Assembly: GCF_030684315.1 (NCBI RefSeq)
Contig: NC_081394.1
Location: 5,550,163 to 5,614,162, forward strand
Source of the DNA: Stegostoma tigrinum
Taxonomy: Eukaryota
DNA length: 64,000 nt
Direction of reading: 5' to 3'
The translations under genes and the position numbers were made by a program. Of the stretch, positions 1 through 11,800 are shown in pieces. The stretch's first letter is position 1. Every line of letters starts with the position of its first letter. The notes below the pieces were generated by a model. The model searched no databases. It was not told the origin of the DNA and saw only the letters and a list, made by a program, of their open reading frames with translations.

Positions 1-32
1 AGATTTAACAGGAACTGAAATACTGGAAGCTG

Positions 33-590
33 ATGGTACTGGTATATTTGGAATATTATGAACAGTTCTGGTCACGACACTGCCAGAAGGACAGGCTGGC
101 TTTGGAGAGGGTACAGAAACAATTTACCAGGATGTTGCTTGGTTTGGAGTGTATTAGCTATGAGAGGAGATCCGCCAAACTTGGTTTGTTTTCACTTGAA
201 TGTCAAAGGATGAGGGGCAACCTGACAGAAATTTACAAAATTGTGAGATTCGTGGATAAACAGCAGAGTTGGAGTCTTCGCACCGAGGTATAAAAGTCAA
301 TTATTAGGTGGTATAGGTTTAAGGTAAAAAAGGGATAATTTTAAAGGAGATGTGAGAGGCAGGTTTTTTACACAGTGGGTAGTAAGTGCCTGGAACTTGC
401 TGCCAGAGGAGATGGTGGAGGCTGGTACAAAAGCAACATTTAAGAGCCATCTTGACAGATGTATGAATAGGCAGAGAATGGTTACGGACGCTGTAGCGGT
501 AAAAGACTATTAGCTTAGAAAGGCGCCATATGTCAGCACAAACTCGATGGGTCGAAGGGCCTGTTCCTGCGCTGTCGTGTTCTGTTCCTT
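33..590 (+). mobile_element. CR1/HER1-like LINE, 3' end of ORF2 plus 3' UTR (decayed)
   Basis: Translation QFWS..KDRLALERVQKQFTRMLLGLECISYERR..LGLFSLE.QRMRGNLTEIYKI is the typical CR1 ORF2 C-terminus; ends in GAAGGGCCTGTTCCTGCGCTGT..TGTTCT tail. Confidence 0.85.
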
Positions 591-631
591 TTGTCTTGGG
601 GATTTCATTGTTGTTCTGATCTGGGACTCAC

Positions 632-1055
632 TTGTCTGAAAAGGAAGCTGTTTCATCAATTCTGACATTACTCAATGACTCTGTGTACCAGGAGATTAAA
701 ATCCATATATTAGAACTTGTCTACAGATTTTACAACCTTGAACAATCTTTGAAGAAGGACTCACCTGTTCTCCTGCGATCTGTAATTTTCCACTTGGGAT
801 GGCAGGGCAATGTGGGAGAAACTGTTGGTTAGCATTGAAACTGAAGCCAAATCGTGCAGAAAAGGAACATTCCACATTTGTACAGTGTAGGTCCTGTCCT
901 GACCAACAAGGAAGTAATTATCGAAGTCGTGGTGCTAAGATTTCATCATCAGCTCCATGAAAATGAATGTTTTGTCCTCAAGTCTCTGCTGAACAGTGTC
1001 GGTAGGATCATTTGTGTCCGGCAACAGGGCAGATGGAGTCTCCTGTTAAAGGCGA
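632..1055 (-). pseudogene. Two putative minus-strand exon remnants (1055-765 and 680-632); the larger may be a heavily decayed Ig constant-type exon
   Basis: Acceptor TTTATTTTCAG before 1055, GTGAGT donors after 765 and 632; 291-nt size fits a symmetric Ig exon; all three frames contain stops, and mixed-frame fragments (CSAE, SFSW, NLSTTTS, QDRTYTV) only loosely resemble an IgC domain. Confidence 0.25.
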
Positions 1056-1163
1056 CTGAAAATAAAGGATCTTTTCTAGCCTGAAATTTTCTCACTGTGC
1101 AACAAGACTTCACTCTTAAGCTCTGATTGTTTGTGTCGATTTGATCAGATTGGAAGACTGAGG

Positions 1164-1231
1164 TAAAGCAGTGAAACTGAACGGAAGAGTGAGTAACTAA
1201 AGCAGTGAAACTGAAAGGAAGAGTGAGTAAC
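1164..1231 (+). repeat. 34-bp tandem duplication containing an ISRE/IRF-like GAAACTGAAAG
   Basis: TAAAGCAGTGAAACTGAA(C/A)GGAAGAGTGAGTAAC x2 with one mismatch. Confidence 0.8.
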
Positions 1232-2119
1232 TAAAACTTCTTTAAGAAAAGGACGTGGAAATCTGGATCTCTGTCCCTCAAAAAGCAGTCAAAGCTTGGA
1301 GAGGTTAACTGAGACTCTGAATCTGAGATTGACAGATTTTTATTTTGAGTGAAGGGATTCGGAGATGTGGAACCCAGGAGAGGTTCATTCATTTACAGGA
1401 TATGGCTGTTGCTGGCTGGGTCAGCAGTTATTGCTGCTTCCCTGATTGAGAAAGTGATTGCTGCAGTTCATGGACTGTAGGGAGACTCATGTTGCCTCGT
1501 TTGATGTATCGATCAGTCCACTTCCAGGGTGAGTGGAAGAACAGGCTGGAGAATTACAAAATAATGATTTTTATTTTATTCACAAGGTATAGGCACTGCT
1601 GATGAGACCAGCATTTGTTGCCGGTCCCTTGTTGCCCTTGAGCAGGTGTCGGTGTTGAACGGCCTTCTTGAACCGCTGCAGTCCACGTGCTGTAGGTGCA
1701 TGTGGTACTGTTGGGGTGGGAGTTCCAGGGCATTGACTCAGCAACACTGAAGGAATGGTGATATGAGTCAGGATGGTGAGTGACTTGAAAGGGCACTTGC
1801 TGGGGGTGCGTGTTCTCCTGTATCTGCTATCCTTGTGCCTCTGGTTGTTGGAAGCCTCAAGTTTGGAAGGGGTGGCCTCAGGAGTCTGGTTGAGTTACTG
1901 CAATGTACCTTATAGATAGTACACACTGCTGCTACTGTGCATCACAAGTGTTGGGAGCACATTTTGAAGGTCTGAAAGTGGACTGTTTTGCCTTATAGGG
2001 TGTGCGATCGTGTTCAATAGTGACAAAGATTGGTGAGTGGCAATAATAGCCTCTTCACTGCACATCTGCAGTGGCATAATTTAGGCCAGTAATGGAATCC
2101 AAACTACAGATTTATAGTC

Positions 2120-2215
2120 AGATAACAAGGTGTAGAGCTGGATGAACACAGCAGGCCAAGCAGCATCAGAGGAGCAGGAAAGCTGACGTTTTGGGCCTAG
2201 GCCCTTCTTCAGAAA
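2120..2215 (-). mobile_element. Penelope-like terminal fragment
   Basis: Same ATAACAAGGTGTAGAGCTGGATGAACACAGCAGGCCAAGCAGCATC block that abuts the GIY-YIG-coding copy at 57430-58190. Confidence 0.7.
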
Positions 2216-2389
2216 TGTAGCCATTTCTGATGCCAATGAGAGTTGTCACTTGTCAGCCCAAGACTTAATGTTATCCAGGTATAATTGTGTTTTCAATCAG
2301 TCTGCCTCCTCTGTCTGAGGAATTGTGAACGGTGCTGACCATGGTGCAATCACCAGAAAACATCCCCATTTCTGATTTCATGACTGAGG

Positions 2390-3860
2390 GAAGGTCATAG
2401 GGACAGAGAAAAGCAGGAGCAGATGTAGACCATTTAGCCCTTGGTCTGTCATTTAATGTGATCATGATTGATTATCCAACTCAGACCCCCATTCCTGCTT
2501 TCTCCCCATTCCCTTTGATCCCTTTGGTGCTAAGAGCTGTATGTAACTTATTCTTGAAAACACTCAATGATTTGACCTCAGCTGTTCTCTGTGGTAGAGA
2601 ATTCCACAGGCTCTCCAGTCTCTGGGTGAAGATACTTTTCCTTATCTCAGTCCTAAATGGCCCACTCCTGCATCCTGAAACTGTGAGCCCTGGTTCTGGA
2701 ATGTCCACCATCAGGACCATCCTCCCTGCATCTAACTATGTCTAGTCCTGTTGGAATTTTGTAAGTTTCTGTGAGATCCCCCTCATTCTTCTAAACTCCA
2801 GTCAGTATAGTCCTAACGAATCCAGTCTCTTTTCATATGTGTCTTGCATCCCAAGAATCAGTCTGGTAAACCCGTCCATCACCAGAACATCCTTCCTCGG
2901 ATAAGGAGACCAAAACTGCATACAATCTTCCAGGTGTGATCTTACCAAGGCCCTGTTCAATTGCAGCAAGACATCCCTGCTCCTGTACTCCAATCCTCTC
3001 ACCATGAAGGCGTCTGCCTTCCTCACTACCTGCTGCAGCTCCACACTTACTCTCAGTGACTGGTGTACAAGGACACCCAGGTCACATTGCACTGACCCCT
3101 TTCCCATTAATTCACCATTCAGATAATGATAAGCATTTCAAGTTTTGCTCCCAAAGCCAATACTTTATCCATATCACGCTTCATCTACTCACTTGCTCAC
3201 TCAGTCAACTTGTTCAAATCATAGAGAAGCATTTTTGTAACCTCTTCACAGCTTACCCTCCCACCCAGCTTTGTGCGAGATATTACACTTAGCTGCCTCA
3301 TCTAAATCACTGATATATATTGTGAATAACTGGGGTCCAAGCGCTGGTCCCTTGTGGTACCCCACTAGTCATTCAGTGCCACTTGCAAAGTTACCCATTT
3401 ATTCTGACTTCTCTTTCCTGTCTGCCGACCAGTTCTCTTTCCATCTCAATACACGACCTGCTGGTCTATCATGTGGCACTTTGTTGAAAGCTGTCTGAAA
3501 GTCCAAGTAAATTAATAACCATGAGTTTCGCTAATCAACTCTACTTTTAAATCCTCAAAGAAATCCCATAATTTGTAAGCGTCATTTCCCTCTCATAAAT
3601 CCCTGTTGACTTTATCTGATTTTGTCACTGTTTTCCAAGCACTATACTACTAAATCTTTTATACTGGACGCTAACAATTCCCCACTGCCAATGTCAGGTT
3701 TACGGTCTATAATTCGCAGTTTTCTCCCAAGTTTCATTTTTAAGCAGTGGGGTTCCTTTAGCAACCCTCCAAACATTGGAACTGTTCCAGAGTCGATAAA
3801 AGTTTGAAAGATATCCACCTCAATGCATCCACTATTTCAAAACCACTTTTTTGAGTCTCA
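2390..3860 (-). mobile_element. CR1-like LINE ORF2 (RT and C-terminus), decayed
   Basis: Minus-strand ORFs DLGVLVHQSL..RGLEYRSRDVLLQL..LVRSHLEDCMQFWSPY and FRTEIRKSIFTQRLESLWNSLPQ. Confidence 0.85.
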
Positions 3861-6029
3861 GGAATGTAGAATATTGAATCTCACAGGTCCGTGTATAGCA
3901 GTGACACTGCAAAGAAATCTCAAGGCTTCAGCATCCTGAACGTTGCGTGTGGGACCTCCAAAGGGCTACACAGATCTCTCGCTTCGAGGGAACATTGTGG
4001 TGGAGGTGCCTTGACATTGCCTGCAATTCCATGGGGACAACTGTGTCAGGCTTTTGCTGGACTATTCTGTGGGACAGCCCTCCCAATTTTGGCACAAACT
4101 CCTTGGTATTAAAAACTTGCAGGATTGACAGAGGAGTTTGGTCCCTTGTCATTTCCACTGCCTCAGTCAATGCCAAGCAGTTTGTCTGGTTTCATTCATT
4201 TTCTCAGAGTTTCTAATGGTTAAGTACAACTGAATAGCTTGCTTAATCATTTCAAAGTCATCCACATTGCTGTGGCCCTAGAGTCAAATGTAGGACAGAC
4301 CAGACATGGAAGGCGGTTTCTTTCCCTAAAGGGCCTCAGTGAATGTGATATGTTTTGAACAACAATTATTGCAGGTCAATATTAGGCAGAAATATTCCAG
4401 AAATTTATTGAATTCAGATTTCACCACCTGCCAATGTTGGATTTGAACCCATGTCCAAAGCCTGGGGTTCAAGATTACTAATTCAATAACATTACTGCAT
4501 CCTCTAAACATCACCAGAGCTTTGGGATTACCAGTCCAGGTGTAATATATCACCCCATGATTTCCCCCTTTAACCTTTGCCTGAAACCACTCTTGTGAGT
4601 CACAAATAAAGGATTTCGGTTAAAGTGGATAGTTTAGAGTCTGGGGTGTGCCTACTCACAGAAAGGCAGTTCTAGGAAGAGATTTAATCAAAATGATCAG
4701 AATCCTGATGGATGTAGACATAGTAGAGAGGGAGAAATGGTTCCTACTGGTGAAAGTATTGATAATCATATGCATTTGAAATGGAATGCAGAAAATGTAA
4801 CGTCAATTTGAAGACAAACCTGTTTCTGCAAGTGATTTGTACCTGGAATGTGTTGCCTGAGATTGTGCTCAAAGCAGATTCAATTGTGGCTTTGGGTCAC
4901 TCTCTGGAGGGAAAAGATTTGTAGGGTTCCAGGAAAAGGGCAGGGGAATGGGACCAGGGGAGTTCCTGTTATAGAGTGCAGGTATGGACAGGACAGGCTG
5001 AATGGCCTCGTTCTGTGTTGGAAACACTCTAGATATTTTGATCATTGTTCTCCGATCCTGTGAGTGGTTTCATTTGTTTTGGGTGGTAATGAGCCTGAGA
5101 GCTGAGCCAAATCATAACATTAAAATGCGTTTGATTCAATATCAGCATTTCTCACTTTGTCATCTGAATATATTATCCATCCACTAGAAACATGCAATTT
5201 CTTTTAAGAAACCATTTTGAAAAGGCCTGGAAATGTTTTATTTGGTGGCTGTTTGTGCATGCATCACAGAAAAATACAACACAAAAGGAGACTTTGGCCC
5301 AACTCCTTCCCACACTGCACAGCAAATCTTTCCCCAAATTTTTCCAACTCCCCTCGCCCCTCCCCACCCTCCAACCTTTTGAAAGTTTCTGCTGATTCTG
5401 CTCCCTTGCAGGCAGCGCACCTCAGATCACAACATCAAATTGCGAGGTCAGAAAAACAGATTCTCCTCCTTCACCATGCTAAGCCACAAACCTCACCTCC
5501 TGTGTGTCTTTTCCCAATTCCCTTCAATCAGTGCCCCTCTGGTGACTGACCCTTCTGCCCTGGGAACAGCCTCCCCTGTTTTATTCTATTGAAACCCCTC
5601 ATGATTTTGAGCTCTACAATTCAACCTCCTGTTAGCCTTCTCTGCTCTGAGAAGAGCAAGCCCAGCTAATCCCACATGGAGGGAGAGCCCTCATCCCTGG
5701 GACCATTCCAGTTCATCTCCTCCACATCCCTCTCCAAGGTTGAGACATTCTTCCAACAGGGTTTGGTGAGTGGAAAGGAATACAATACTCTAACTGGTGC
5801 CTGATCAGATTTTAATGTTTGCTTCTCCACATGACTCCAAGCTTCTTCCAGAAATTCCGGCCAAAAAGGAGTTCCACAAATATAGGTCAAACCCCAGGCA
5901 GAAAGGACTCCACCAGGATGGTGGAGAAAATCCACAAGGGAGACAGCAAAAATAGATATGTGGATATAAAACAGCAGAAGACAGCATTGAGGGAAGCCAC
6001 ATGGAGGATCAGTGCTGATCAGGTGCGAG

Positions 6030-6530
6030 CCTGTGGGAGAGCTGCACTGTCAGAGGGTCAGTGCTGAGGGAGCAGACACTGTCGGAGGATGAGTGCTGAT
6101 GGAGTGCTGCACTGTCGGAGGTTCAGTGCTGAGGGAGTGGGCACTGTCGGAGGGTCAGTGCTGAGGAAGCGCCGCACTGTCGGAGGTTCAGTGCTGAGGG
6201 AGCGGGCACTGTCAGAGGGTCAGTGCTGAGGGAGCGCTGCGCTGTCGGAGGGTCAGTGCTGAGGGAGCGGGCACTGTCGGAGGGTCAGTGCAGAAGCAGC
6301 GCCAAACTATCGGAGGGTCATTGCTGAGGGAGCGCCGCACTATCGGAGGGTCAGTGCTGAGGGAGCGGGCACTGTCAGAGGGTCAGTGCTGAGGGAGCGC
6401 TGCACTGTCAGAGGGTCAGTGCTGAGGGAGCGGGCACTGTTGGAGGGTCAGTGCAGAAGCAGCGCCAAACTATCGGAGGGTCAGTGCTGAGGGAGCGGGC
6501 ACTGTCAGAGGGTCAGTGCTGAGGGAGCCA
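6030..6530 (+). repeat. 34-bp minisatellite, about 14-15 copies
   Basis: Unit GCACTGTCGGAGGGTCAGTGCTGAGGGAGCG(G/C).. repeated in tandem; a variant unit (GCAGAAGCAGCGCCAAACTATC) recurs at about 6290 and 6453. Confidence 0.95.
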
Positions 6531-6735
6531 TGAGGAGGAGGGAGAATGAATGTCTGTAAAGTATTTTATCAGATCTGATTACAGGTGTCTCTCTAGGGCA
6601 TCACAGTGTGGATATTGTCTGCCATTTTTCCTTCAACACAACAGCGATTACTTTTCAAAAAAAAAAATTTCATTGCCTGTGAAGCTATTTGGCATGTGCT
6701 GGGCATGTGAACGTGACTGTCTGTTTCTTCTAGAC

Positions 6736-8387
6736 ATGTTTGTACTTGGGGCAGTCATTCTCTTGGCTCTAACTGAGCTACCTGTGTGTGATGGCGAAAC
6801 AGGTAATCTGTTACATCGGGGATCTGCTTGTTCGTGAGCATTTTGAACACATTTACTCGAAGGGCAGGTGTGGATCTCTAGATCGGAGCTGCCTTCGGCT
6901 GGAGGAGTGTGTGGATAAAAAGTGGAAAATATCTCAGCATTGATACCCTGGAAAGATTTGTAATTTGGGTGGGCCATCATTTTTTGCATAATAACCAGTG
7001 TATCCTTGGGCTGAACCTTGAGCCCTAGGGTCCTTGCTGTTGGGGCTGTTAATTCCAGGCTGATCTCCCCACCCCCCGGTGTCCGTACTCAGGGTGCACT
7101 GCATTGTCAGAGAGGCAATGGGATTAGTTACAGGTTTATTCGGGGAGAAATGGGGAGACCCTGAGGCAATCTTTGGCTTGGTGATGGCTGTGCAGGGCTA
7201 TGGGGTTAATTTCTGTACAGAGATAGAGACAAATAGAGGGCAGGGCATGGTGCATAATATCGGGTTGATAAAGGGCTACGGGGCCGGGATGGGGGGAAAG
7301 AAGGGGACTCATTTGGGATTGATACACGATTACAGGGTGTGATTGGGACGTGGGACTGTTTTGGGGATAGATACACGACAATGGGGAGAGAGTGGGGCAG
7401 AAGGATTAATTTATGAATTGATACAAGTTCAACAAGATTGAACACAGTCTGGATTAGTTGTAAGAATCAGGCCGGGCAAGTGGAAGGTAATGGCAACATA
7501 TTTTGGCCATGGTGATTACATTTCGATCAGTTTTAATCTAAGAATGAAAAAAAAAAGTGAGAACAGAGTCAGAGTTCAAAATTGGAGCGAGGTCAATTTT
7601 ATTCAGTGGAGGAGTGATTTAGCAAAAATGCACTTAGCAAAACTGGGCTGGAAAAGAGAGTGGGATTAGTTAGGGATTCATAGAGAGCTAGGGTAGAGTG
7701 CAAGGCAGTGGGGTTGGTTTGGGGTCGACACAGAAATTTGGGGAAAGAGCGGACAAGGAACAAAGAGTTCTTGAAGCTGGGAAGTGGTGAAAGGAACTGG
7801 GATTGATACAAGACCGGGGAAGAGAGCAGGATGGTGGAAGTAGCTACAATATAATGAGGAGAGAATGGAACAGTGGGAATAATATGGGGATTGGCACAGA
7901 GTCTGACATACAATAGTGACTCGTTTGCAGTTACCCACAAACGGTTGACGGGGAGAAAATTATAGAAGATTGCAGTGATTGAGACAGGTGAAAAGCGGGT
8001 GGGAGGAAGCTCAGCAAAGCTGAAACATCAGCATGGAGCAGGTGGGCCAAATGGCCTGTTTTTTTTTCTGCAGAATTGGTGCAATTTCAGGAAAATCTGT
8101 GAGAATCTGATGATTTTTTTTCTTTTTCAGATTTGCAAAGTGCATGCATTGGGGAACTTTGGAATATGTGTGAAAGGGACAGACTATCCTGTCATGAAAC
8201 AAAACTTAAGGACCATTTACAATAATAAGACATTTGTTTTTAATGCTGAACATTTAGATTTAGAAAAGAATGTTACATTTTTTATATAAAAATGTCTCTA
8301 AGGAAAATGCTGGCCATTACGACTTAGAATATGGCACAAAAGATTTTAATGAAGCTCGTGTCAAATCATTAAATATACAGCTTCAAA
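6736..8387 (+). pseudogene. Disrupted Ig-superfamily gene A: signal-peptide exon (6736-6802) and CD2/SLAM-like V-type exon (8131-8387)
   Basis: MFVLGAVILLALTELPVCDGET then phase-1 donor GTAATC; strong acceptor at 8130 and donor GTAAGT at 8388; mixed-frame translation DLQSACIGE.. / ..EKNVTFFI / KNVSKENAGHYDLEY..KSLNIQLQ has Ig E-F-G strand pattern without the F-strand Cys; needs frameshifts. Confidence 0.55.
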
Positions 8388-8804
8388 GTAAGTTTTCAAA
8401 ATCAGGGACCTAGGTTAATTTAAACAAAGAAAATTTAGAACAGAGGGGAGAAAATTCATGACAGTGGGATGAGAGACTTCAGTTCTGGAAAAGCTGGGAA
8501 TGTTCCCATCGGATAAGAGAAAGTTCCAACGTGACTTGTTAAAACATTGAACATGGTGATGGGTTTGAATTCAGTAAATACTGAGAAAGAGCTTCCAGGA
8601 ATAAGTAAGAGACTCAAATTGAAGAGAGAATTCGTTTCTTATATACCTCCTTATCTCTGGAACATCCTCCATTCTTTACACCCTTCCCTATATTTGTGTA
8701 CGATAACACAGAGTGGAGCTGGAGGAGCACAGCAGGTCAGGCAGCATCAGAGGCGCAGGAAAGTTGTCGTTTCGGATCGGGACCCATCTTCGGAATTATA
8801 TTTG

Positions 8805-11800
8805 TAACCTCCTCCAGCACCTACATCACCCCCATCTCTGTAACATCCTCCATCCCCTAAACCCCTCCCTATCTCTGTAATCCGCTCCAGCCCCTACACC
8901 CCCTCCCTATCCCTGCAACCTCCTCCAGCCCCTACACCCGCTCCCTATCTCTGTAACCCCCTCCAGCCCCTACACCCACTCCCTATCTCTGTAACCCCCT
9001 CCAGCCCCTACACCCCCTCCCTATCTCTGTAATCCGCTCCAGCCCCTACACCCCCTCCCTATCTCTGTAACCCCCTCCAGCCCCTACACCCCTCCCTATC
9101 TCTGTAACCCCCTCCAGCCCCGACACCCCCTCCCTATCTCTGTAAACCCCTCCAGCCCCTACACGCCCTCCCTATCTCTGTAACCTCCTCCAGCCCCTAC
9201 ACCCCCTCCCTATCTCTGTAACCCCCTCCAGCCCCTACACCCCTCCCTATCTCTGTAATCCCCTCCAGCCCCGACACCCCCTCCCTATCTCTGTAAACCC
9301 CTCCAGCCCCTACACCCCCTCCCTATCTCTGTAACCTCCTCCAGCCCCTACACCCCCTCCCTATCCCTGTAACCCCCTCCAGCCCCTACACCCCCTCCCT
9401 ATCTCTGTAACCCCCTCCAGCCCCTACATCCCCTCCCTATCTCTGTAACCTCCTCCAGCCCCTACACCCCCTCCCTATCTCTGTAACCCACCTCCAACCC
9501 CTACACCCCCTCCCTATCTCTATAACCTCCTCCAGCCCCTACATCCCCTCCCTATCTCTGTAACCCCTCCAGCCCCGACACCCCCTCCCTCTCTCTGTAA
9601 ACCCCTCCAGCCCCTACATCCCCTCCCTATATCTGTAACCTCCTCCAGCCCCTACACCCCCTCCCTATCTCTGTAATCCCCTCCAGTTCCCTACATCCCC
9701 TCCCTATCTCTGTAACCTCCTCCAGCCCCTACACCCCGTCCCTGTCTGTCACCCCCTCCCTATCCCTGTAACCTCCTCCAGCCCCGACACCGCCTCCCTA
9801 TCTCTGTAACCTCCTCCAGCCCCTACATCCCCTCCCTATCTCTGTAACCCCCCTCCAACCCCTACACCCCCTCCCTATCTCTGTAACCCCCTCCAGCCCC
9901 TACACCCCCTCCCTGTCTCTGTCACCCCCTCCAGCCCCTATACCCCCTCCCTATCTCTGTAACCCCCTCCAGCCCCTACATCCCCTCCCTATCTCTGTAA
10001 CCTCCTCCAAGCCCCTACATCGCCTCCCTATCTCTGTAAACCCCTCCAACCCCTACACCCCCTCCCTATCTCTGTAACCTCCTCCAGCCCCTACATCCCT
10101 CCCTATCTCTGTAACCTCCTCCAGCCCCTACACCCCCTTCCTATCCCTGTAACCCCCTCCAGCCCCTACATCCCCTCCCTATATCTGTAACCCCCTCCAG
10201 CCCCTCCCTATCCCTGTAACCCCCTCCAGCCCCTACACCCCCTCCCTATCTCTGTAACCCCCTCCACCCCCCTACATCCCCTCCCTATCTCTGTAACCTC
10301 CTCCAGCCCCTCCACCCCCTCCCTATCTCTGTAACCTCCTCCAGCCCCTACATCCCCTCCCTATCTCTGTAACCTCCTCCAGCCCCTACACCCCCTCCCT
10401 ATCTCTGTAATCCCCTCCAGTTCCCTGCATCCCCTCCCTATCTCTGTAACCTCCTCCAGCCCCTACACCCGCTCCCTGTCTGTCACCCCCTACCTATCCC
10501 TGTAACCTCCGCCAGCCCCTACACCGCCTCCCTATCTCTGTAACCTCCTCCAGCCCCTACATCCCCTCCCTATCTCTGTAACCCCGCTCCAACCCCTACA
10601 CCCCCTCCCTATCTCTGTAACCACCTCCAGCCCCTACACCCCCTCCCTGTCTCTGTCGCCCCCTCCAGCCCCTATACCCCCTCCCTATCTCTGTAACCCC
10701 CTCCAGCCCCGACATCCCCTCCCTATCTCTGTAACTTCCTCCAAGCCCCTACATCGCCTCCCTATCTCTGTAACCTCCTCCAGCCCCTACACCCCCTTCC
10801 TATCCCTGTAACCCCCTCCAGCCCCTACATCCCCTCCCTATATCTGTACCCCCTCCAGCCCCTCCCTATCCCTGTAACCCCCTCCAGCCCCTACACCCCC
10901 TCCCTATCTCTGTAACCCCCTCCACCCCCTCCCTATCTCTGTAACCTCCTCCAGCCCCTACATCCCCTCCCTATCTCTGTAACCTCCTCCAGCCCCTACA
11001 CCCCCTCCCTGTCTCTGTCACCCCCTCCCTATCCCTGTAACCTCCTCCAGCCCCTACACTGCCTCCCTATCTCTGTAACCTCCTCCAGCCCCTACATCCC
11101 CTCCCTATCTCTGTAACCCCCCTCCAACACCGACACCCCCTCCCTATCTCTGTAACCTCCTCCAGCCCCTACATCCCTCCCTATCTCTGTAACCTCATCC
11201 AGCCCCTACACCCCCTCCCTATCCCTGTAACCCCCTCCAGCCCCGACATCCCCACCCTATCTCTGTAACCCCCTCCAGCCCCTCCCTATCCCTGTAACCC
11301 CCTCCAGCCCCTACACCCCCTCCCTATCTCTGTAACCCCCTCCACCCCCTACATCCCCTCCCTATCTCTGTAACCTCCTCCAGCCCCTACACCCCCTCCC
11401 TATCTCTGTAACCTCCTCCAGCCCCTACATCCCCTCCCTATCTCTGTAACCTCCTCCAGCCCCTACACCCCCTCCCTATCTCTGTAACCTCCTCCAGCCC
11501 CTACACCCCCTTCCTTTCCCTGTAACCCCCCCAAGCCCCTACACTCCCTCCCTATCTCTGTAACCTCCTCCAGCCCCTACATCCCTCCCTATCTCTGTAA
11601 CCTCCTCCAGCCCCTACACCCCCTCCCTATCCCTGTAACCCCCTCCAGCCCCTACACCCCCTCCCTATCTCTGTAACCTCCTACAGCCCCTACACCCCCT
11701 CCCTATCCCTGTAACCCCCTCCAGCCCCTACACCCCCTCCCTATCTCTGTAACCCCCTCCAGCCCCTACATCCCCTCCCTATCTCTGTAACCTCCTCCAG

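Noticed and set aside
6030-6530. CRISPR-like 34-bp repeats
   Set aside because: Head-to-tail tandem units without spacers; a minisatellite
7100-7960. Several overlapping ORFs in a purine-rich stretch
   Set aside because: Low-complexity, decayed LINE endonuclease-like sequence; no consistent frame
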